Shown in pieces: positions 56,049 through 64,000 of a DNA stretch of 64,000 nt. Each line of letters opens with the position of its first letter. The first letter of the stretch is position 1. The stretch is taken from contig OZ059894.1 in assembly GCA_964057225.1 (NCBI GenBank), positions 24,665,151 through 24,729,150 on the forward strand, in the 5' to 3' direction. The DNA comes from Auanema rhodensis (taxonomy: Eukaryota > Animalia > Nematoda). The notes beneath the pieces were generated by a model. It did not search any database. It was not told the origin of the DNA and worked only from the letters and a program-made list of their open reading frames with translations. A program made the translations under genes and the position numbers.

Positions 56049-59000
56049 TCATGGTAACCATGACTTTGAAATTTACGTGAACTTTAATTTATGCTAATTA
56101 AATGTACACGTGATGTGCACTTGGTATGTAACTCGCTTCACGTGAAAGATAAAGAGATGCGGTTTTCAAAATTAGATTCCCCATGTCCATATTAGTCTAA
56201 AAACAAATTTTTATTGATATTGGTTCATGGTAACCATGACTTTGAAATTTACGTGAACTTTAATTTATGCTAATTAAATGTACACGTGATGTGCACTTGG
56301 TATGTAACTCGCTTCACGTGAAAGATAAAGAGATGCGGTTTTCAAAATTAGATTCCCCATGTCCATATTAGTCTAAAAACAAATTTTTATTGATATTGCT
56401 TCATGGTAACCATGACTTTGAAATTTACGTGAACTTTAATTTATGCTAATTAAATGTACACGTGATGTGCACTTGGTATGTAACTCGCTTCACGTGAAAG
56501 ATAAAGAGATGCGGTTTTCAAAATTAGATTCCCCATGTCCATATTAGTCTAAAAACAAATTTTTATTGATATTGGTTCATGGTAACCATGACTTTGAAAT
56601 TTACGTGAACTTTAATTTATGCTAATTAAATGTACACGTGATGTGCACTTGGTATGTAACTCGCTTCACGTGAAAGATAAAGAGATGCGGTTTTCAAAAT
56701 TAGATTCCCCATGTCCATATTAGTCTAAAAACAAATTTTTATTGATATTGGTTCATGGTAACCATGACTTTGAAATTTACGTGAACTTTAATTTATGCTA
56801 ATTAAATGTACACGTGATGTGCACTTGGTATGTTACTCGCTTCACGTGAAAGATAAAGAGATGCGGTTTTCAAAATTAGATTCCCCATGTCCATATTAGT
56901 CTAAAAACAAATTTTTATTGATATTGGTTCATGGTAACCATGACTTTGAAATTTACGTGAACTTTAATTTATGCTAATTAAATGTACACGTGATGTGCAC
57001 TTGGTATGTAACTCGCTTCACGTGAAAGATAAAGAGATGCGGTTTTCAAAATTAGATTCCCCATGTCCATATTAGTCTAAAAACAAATTTTTATTGATAT
57101 TGGTTCATGGTAACCATGACTTTGAAATTTACGTGAACTTTAATTTATGCTAATTAAATGTACACGTGATGTGCACTTGGTATGTAACTCGCTTCACGTG
57201 AAAGATAAAGAGATGCGGTTTTCAAAATTAGATTCCCCATGTCCATATTAGTCTAAAAACAAATTTTTATTGATATTGCTTCATGGTAACCATGACTTTG
57301 AAATTTACGTGAACTTTAATTTATGCTAATTAAATGTACACGTGATGTGCACTTGGTATGTAACTCGCTTCACGTGAAAGATAAAGAGATGCGGTTTTCA
57401 AAATTAGATTCCCCATGTCCATATTAGTCTAAAAACAAATTTTTATTGATATTGGTGCATGGTAACCATGACTTTGAAATTTACGTGAACTTTAATTTAT
57501 GCTAATTAAATGTACACGTGATGTGCACTTGGTATGTAACTCGCTTCACGTGAAAGATAAAGAGATGCGGTTTTCAAAATTAGATTCCCCATGTCCATAT
57601 TAGTCTAAAAACAAATTTTTATTGATATTGGTGCATGGTAACCATGACTTTGAATTTTACGTGAACTTTAATTTATGCTAATTAAATGTACACGTGATGT
57701 GCACTTGGTATGTAACTCGCTTCACGTGAAAGATAAAGAGATGCGGTTTTCAAAATTAGATTCCCCATGTCCATATTAGTCTAAAAACAAATTTTTATTG
57801 ATATTGGTTCATGGTAACCATGACTTTGAAATTTACGTGAACTTTAATTTATGCTAATTAAATGTACACGTGATGTGCACTTGGTATGTAACTCGCTTCA
57901 CGTGAAAGATAAAGAGATGCGGTTTTCAAAATTAGATTCCCCATGTCCATATTAGTCTAAAAACAAATTTTTATTGATATTGCTTCATGGTAACCATGAC
58001 TTTGAAATTTACGTGAACTTTAATTTATGCTAATTAAATGTACACGTGATGTGCACTTGGTATGTAACTCGCTTCACGTGAAAGATAAAGAGATGCGGTT
58101 TTCAAAATTAGATTCCCCATGTCCATATTAGTCTAAAAACAAATTTTTATTGATATTGGTGCATGGTAACCATGACTTTGAATTTTACGTGAACTTTAAT
58201 TTATGCTAATTAAATGTACACGTGATGTGCACTTGGTATGTAACTCGCTTCACGTGAAAGATAAAGAGATGCGGTTTTCAAAATTAGATTCCCCATGTCC
58301 ATATTAGTCTAAAAACAAATTTTTATTGATATTGGTTCATGGTAACCATGACTTTGAAATTTACGTGAACTTTAATTTATGCTAATTAAATGTACACGTG
58401 ATGTGCACTTGGTATGTAACTCGCTTCACGTGAAAGATAAAGAGATGCGGTTTTCAAAATTAGATTCCCCATGTCCATATTAGTCTAAAAACAAATTTTT
58501 ATTGATATTGCTTCATGGTAACCATGACTTTGAAATTTACATGAACTTTAATTTATGCTAATTAAATGTACACGTGATGTGCACTTGGTATGTAACTCGC
58601 TTCACGTGAAAGATAAAGAGATGCGGTTTTCAAAATTAGATTCCCCATGTCCATATTAGTCTAAAAACAAATTTTTATTGATATTGGTTCATGGTAACCA
58701 TGACTTTGAAATTTACGTGAACTTTAATTTATGCTAATTAAATGTACACGTGATATGCACTTGGTATGTAACTCGCTTCACGTGAAAGATAAAGAGATGC
58801 GGTATTCTAAATTAGATTCCCCATGTCCATATTAGTCTAAAAACAAATTTTTATTGATATTGGTGCATGGTAACCATGACTTTGAAATTTACGTGAACTT
58901 TAATTTATGCTAATTAAATGTACACGTGATGTGCACTTGGTATGTAACTCGCTTCACGTGAAAGATAAAGAGATGCGGTTTTCAAAATTAGATTCCCCAT

Positions 59001-62000
59001 GTCCATATTAGTCTAAAAACAAATTTTTATTGATATTGCTTCATGGTAACCATGACTTTGAAATTTACGTGAACTTTAATTTATGCTAATTAAATGTACA
59101 CGTGATGTGCACTTGGTATGTAACTCGCTTCACGTGAAAGATAAAGAGATGCGGTTTTCAAAATTAGATTCCCCATGTCCATATTAGTCTAAAAACAAAT
59201 TTTTATTGATATTGCTTCATGGTAACCATGACTTTGAAATTTACGTGAACTTTAATTTATGCTAATTAAATGTACACGTGATGTGCACTTGGTATGTAAC
59301 TCGCTTCACGTGAAAGATAAAGAGATGCGGTTTTCAAAATTAGATTCCCCATGTCCATATTAGTCTAAAAACAAATTTTTATTGATATTGGTGCATGGTA
59401 ACCATGACTTTGAAATTTACGTGAACTTTAATTTATGCTAATTAAATGTACACGTGATGTGCACTTGGTATGTAACTCGCTTCACGTGAAAGATAAAGAG
59501 ATGCGGTTTTCAAAATTAGATTCCCCATGTCCATATTAGTCTAAAAACAAATTTTTATTGATATTGGTGCATGGTAACCATGACTTTGAAATTTACGTGA
59601 ACTTTAATTTATGCTAATTAAATGTACACGTGATGTACACTTGGTATGTAACTCGCTTCACGTGAAAGATAAAGAGATGCGGTTTTCAAAATTAGATTCC
59701 CCATGTCCATATTAGTCTAAAAACAAATTTTTATTGATATTGGTTCATGGTAACCATGACTTTGAAATTTACGTGAACTTTAATTTATGCTAATTAAATG
59801 TACACGTGATGTGCACTTGGTATGTAACTCGCTTCACGTGAAAGATAAAGAGATGCGGTTTTCAAAATTAGATTCCCCATGTCCATATTAGTCTAAAAAC
59901 AAATTTTTATTGATATTGGTGCATGGTAACCATGACTTTGAAATTTACGTGAACTTTAATTTATGCTAATTAAATGTACACGTGATGTGCACTTGGTATG
60001 TAACTCGCTTCACGTGAAAGATAAAGAGATGCGGTTTTCAAAATTAGATTCCCCATGTCCATATTAGTCTAAAAACAAATTTTTATTGATATTGGTGCAT
60101 GGTAACCATGACTTTGAAATTTACGTGAACTTTAATTTATGCTAATTAAATGTACACGTGATGTACACTTGGTATGTAACTCGCTTCACGTGAAAGATAA
60201 AGAGATGCGGTTTTCAAAATTAGATTCCCCATGTCCATATTAGTCTAAAAACAAATTTTTATTGATATTGGTTCATGGTAACCATGACTTTGAAATTTAC
60301 GTGAACTTTAATTTATGCTAATTAAATGTACACGTGATGTGCACTTGGTATGTAACTCGCTTCACGTGAAAGATAAAGAGATGCGGTTTTCAAAATTAGA
60401 TTCCCCATGTCCATATTAGTCTAAAAACAAATTTTTATTGATATTGGTGCATGGTAACCATGACTTTGAATTTTAAGTGAACTTTAATTTATGCTAATTA
60501 AATGTACACGTGATGTGCACTTGGTATGTAACTCGCTTCACGTGAAAGATAAAGAGATGCGGTTTTCAAAATTAGATTCCCCATGTCCATATTAGTCTAA
60601 AAACAAATTTTTATTGATATTGGTTCATGGTAACCATGACTTTGAAATTTACGTGAACTTTAATTTATGCTAATTAAATGTACACGTGATGTACACTTGG
60701 TATGTAACTCGCTTCACGTGAAAGATAAAGAGATGCGGTTTTCAAAATTAGATTCCCCATGTCCATATTAGTCTAAAAACAAATTTTTATTGATATTGGT
60801 TCATGGTAACCATGACTTTGAAATTTACGTGAACTTTAATTTATGCTAATTAAATGTACACGTGATGTGCACTTGGTATGTAACTCGCTTCACGTGAAAG
60901 ATAAAGAGATGCGGTTTTCAAAATTAGATTCCCCATGTCCATATTAGTCTAAAAACAAATTTTTATTGATATTGGTGCATGGTAACCATGACTTTGAATT
61001 TTAAGTGAACTTTAATTTATGCTAATTAAATGTACACGTGATGTGCACTTGGTATGTAACTCGCTTCACGTGAAAGATAAAGAGATGCGGTTTTCAAAAT
61101 TAGATTCCCCATGTCCATATTAGTCTAAAAACAAATTTTTATTGATATTGGTGCATGGTAACCATGACTTTGAAATTTACGTGAACTTTAATTTATGCTA
61201 ATTAAATGTACACGTGATGTGCACTTGGTATGTAACTCGCTTCACGTGAAAGATAAAGAGATGCGGTTTTCAAAATTAGATTCCCCATGTCCATATTAGT
61301 CTAAAAACAAATTTTTATTGATATTGGTGCATGGTAACCATGACTTTGAAATTTACGTGAACTTTAATTTATGCTAATTAAATGTACACGTGATGTGCAC
61401 TTGGTATGTAACTCGCTTCACGTGAAAGATAAAGAGATGCGGTTTTCAAAATTAGATTCCCCATGTCCATATTAGTCTAAAAACAAATTTTTATTGATAT
61501 TGGTGCATGGTAACCATGACTTTGAAATTTACGTGAACTTTAATTTATGCTAATTAAATGTACACGTGATGTACACTTGGTATGTAACTCGCTTCACGTG
61601 AAAGATAAAGAGATGCGGTTTTCAAAATTAGATTCCCCATGTCCATATTAGTCTAAAAACAAATTTTTATTGATATTGGTTCATGGTAACCATGACTTTG
61701 AAATTTACGTGAACTTTAATTTATGCTAATTAAATGTACACGTGATGTGCACTTGGTATGTAACTCGCTTCACGTGAAAGATAAAGAGATGCGGTTTTCA
61801 AAATTAGATTCCCCATGTCCATATTAGTCTAAAAACAAATTTTTATTGATATTGGTGCATGGTAACCATGACTTTGAAATTTACGTGAACTTTAATTTAT
61901 GCTAATTAAATGTACACGTGATGTGCACTTGGTATGTAACTCGCTTCACGTGAAAGATAAAGAGATGCGGTTTTCAAAATTAGATTCCCCATGTCCATAT

Positions 62001-62208
62001 TAGTCTAAAAACAAATTTTTATTGATATTGGTGCATGGTAACCATGACTTTGAAATTTACGTGAACTTTAATTTATGCTAATTAAATGTACACGTGATGT
62101 ACACTTGGTATGTAACTCGCTTCACGTGAAAGATAAAGAGATGCGGTTTTCAAAATTAGATTCCCCATGTCCATATTAGTCTAAAAACAAATTTTTATTG
62201 ATATTGGT

Positions 62209-62382
62209 TCATGGTAACCATGACTTTGAAATTTACGTGAACTTTAATTTATGCTAATTAAATGTACACGTGATGTGCACTTGGTATGTAACTCGCTTCA
62301 CGTGAAAGATAAAGAGATGCGGTTTTCAAATTAGATTCCCCATGTCCATATTAGTCTAAAACAAATTTTTATTGATATTGGT
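62209..62382. repeat. 174-bp monomer with two 1-bp A-run deletions
   Basis: TTTTCAAATTAG (consensus CAAAATTAG) and TCTAAAACAAA (consensus TCTAAAAACAAA). The phase shifts by -2. Confidence 0.9.
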
Positions 62383-64000
62383 GCATGGTAACCATGACTT
62401 TGAATTTTAAGTGAACTTTAATTTATGCTAATTAAATGTACACGTGATGTGCACTTGGTATGTAACTCGCTTCACGTGAAAGATAAAGAGATGCGGTTTT
62501 CAAAATTAGATTCCCCATGTCCATATTAGTCTAAAAACAAATTTTTATTGATATTGGTTCATGGTAACCATGACTTTGAAATTTACGTGAACTTTAATTT
62601 ATGCTAATTAAATGTACACGTGATGTGCACTTGGTATGTAACTCGCTTCACGTGAAAGATAAAGAGATGCGGTTTTCAAAATTAGATTTCCCATGTCCAT
62701 ATTAGTCTAAAAACAAATTTTTATTGATATTGCTTCATGGTAACCATGACTTTGAAATTTACGTGAACTTTAATTTATGCTAATTAAATGTACACGTGAT
62801 GTGCACTTGGTATGTAACTCGCTTCACGTGAAAGATAAAGAGATGCGGTTTTCAAAATTAGATTCCCCATTTCCATATTAGTCTAAAAACAAATTTTTAT
62901 TGATATTGGTTCATGGTAACCATGACTTTGAAATTTACGTGAACTTTAATTTATGCTAATTAAATGTACACGTGATGTGCACTTGGTATGTAACTCGCTT
63001 CACGTGAAAGATAAAGAGATGCGGTTTTCAAAATTAGATTCCCCATGTCCATATTAGTCTAAAAACAAATTTTTATTGATATTGCTTCATGGTAACCATG
63101 ACTTTGAAATTTACGTGAACTTTAATTTATGCTAATTAAATGTACACGTGATGTGCACTTGGTATGTAACTCGCTTCACGTGAAAGATAAAGAGATGCGG
63201 TTTTCAAAATTAGATTCCCCATGTCCATATTAGTCTAAAAACAAATTTTTATTGATATTGGTTCATGGTAACCATGACTTTGAAATTTACGTGAACTTTA
63301 ATTTATGCTAATTAAATGTACACGTGATGTGCACTTGGTATGTAACTCGCTTCACGTGAAAGATAAAGAGATGCGGTATTCTAAATTAGATTCCCCATGT
63401 CCATATTAGTCTAAAAACAAATTTTTATTGATATTGCTTCATGGTAACCATGACTTTGAAATTTACGTGAACTTTAATTTATGCTAATTAAATGTACACG
63501 TGATGTGCACTTGGTATGTAACTCGCTTCACGTGAAAGATAAAGAGATGCGGTTTTCAAAATTAGATTCCCCATTTCCATATTAGTCTAAAAACAAATTT
63601 TTATTGATATTGGTTCATGGTAACCATGACTTTGAAATTTACGTGAACTTTAATTTATGCTAATTAAATGTACACGTGATGTGCACTTGGTATGTAACTC
63701 GCTTCACGTGAAAGATAAAGAGATGCGGTTTTCAAAATTAGATTCCCCATGTCCATATTAGTCTAAAAACAAATTTTTATTGATATTGCTTCATGGTAAC
63801 CATGACTTTGAAATTTACGTGAACTTTAATTTATGCTAATTAAATGTACACGTGATGTGCACTTGGTATGTAACTCGCTTCACGTGAAAGATAAAGAGAT
63901 GCGGTTTTCAAAATTAGATTCCCCATGTCCATATTAGTCTAAAAACAAATTTTTATTGATATTGGTTCATGGTAACCATGACTTTGAAATTTACGTGAAC

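Larger units (their letters stand above)
1..64000. repeat. 176-bp tandem satellite DNA array (363 full monomers + 34 bp), probably centromeric/pericentromeric; continues beyond both window edges
   Basis: (G/T)CATGGTAACC recurs at 1, 177, 353 and onward with a 176-bp period. The phase shifts only at five indel monomers (+24, +4, +26, +26, -2), and the last monomer starts at 63967 as this arithmetic predicts. All copies are in the same orientation. The repeat is directly seen; the centromeric role is inferred. Confidence 0.99.
42145..64000. repeat. Sub-domain enriched in ATTGCTTCAT junctions and GCGGTATTCTAAA, GAATTTTA(C/A), GATGTACAC, CATTTCC variants
   Basis: TGCT and GGTT junctions alternate through about 43.9-49.2 kb. 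GGTATTCT occurs near 44196, 45428, 47540, 48948, 50708, 52820, 55108, 55812, 58804 and 63378. Confidence 0.85.

Noticed and set aside
62209-62382. 174-bp monomer as a biological length variant
   Set aside because: Two single-base losses in A homopolymers within about 35 bp, absent from the paralogous monomers at 51649 and 53937, are typical of long-read consensus error. Not trusted without reads.
1-64000. CRISPR array or repeat-spacer system suggested by regularly spaced palindromes
   Set aside because: The sequence between palindromes is the same in every unit. There are no unique spacers, leader or cas genes.
1-64000. Protein-coding tandem repeat ORF
   Set aside because: 176 is not a multiple of 3, so the frame rotates each unit. 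Both strands contain many TAA/TGA/TAG codons, so only short chance ORFs are possible.

Overview
The whole 64,000-bp window is one uninterrupted, head-to-tail, single-orientation array of a 176-bp AT-rich satellite (about 32% GC; 57 G+C in the consensus, counted by hand). It holds 363 complete monomers plus a 34-bp partial. Consensus, phased from position 1: (G/T)CATGGTAACCATGACTTTGAAATTTACGTGAACTTTAATTTATGCTAATTAAATGTACACGTGATGTGCACTTGGTATGTAACTCGCTTCACGTGAAAGATAAAGAGATGCGGTTTTCAAAATTAGATTCCCCATGTCCATATTAGTCTAAAAACAAATTTTTATTGATATTG(G/C)T. Monomers differ from it by about 0-4 substitutions. I found only five length variants (200, 180, 202, 202 and 174 bp). I see no genes, RNA genes, transposons, CRISPR spacers or inversions. 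Monomer length, homogeneity and array size fit a eukaryotic centromeric or heterochromatic satellite, but this is inference and I cannot name the species. The information in the window lies in two places. One is the monomer itself, which is dyad-rich, has phased ACGTGA cores and an 11-bp subrepeat. The other is the layered history recorded by shared variants: local dimer, trimer, tetramer and 13-mer higher-order repeats, about 11-kb block duplications, and a chimeric 202-bp monomer whose parental types are still present. I did not find evidence for a new gene-encoded system.
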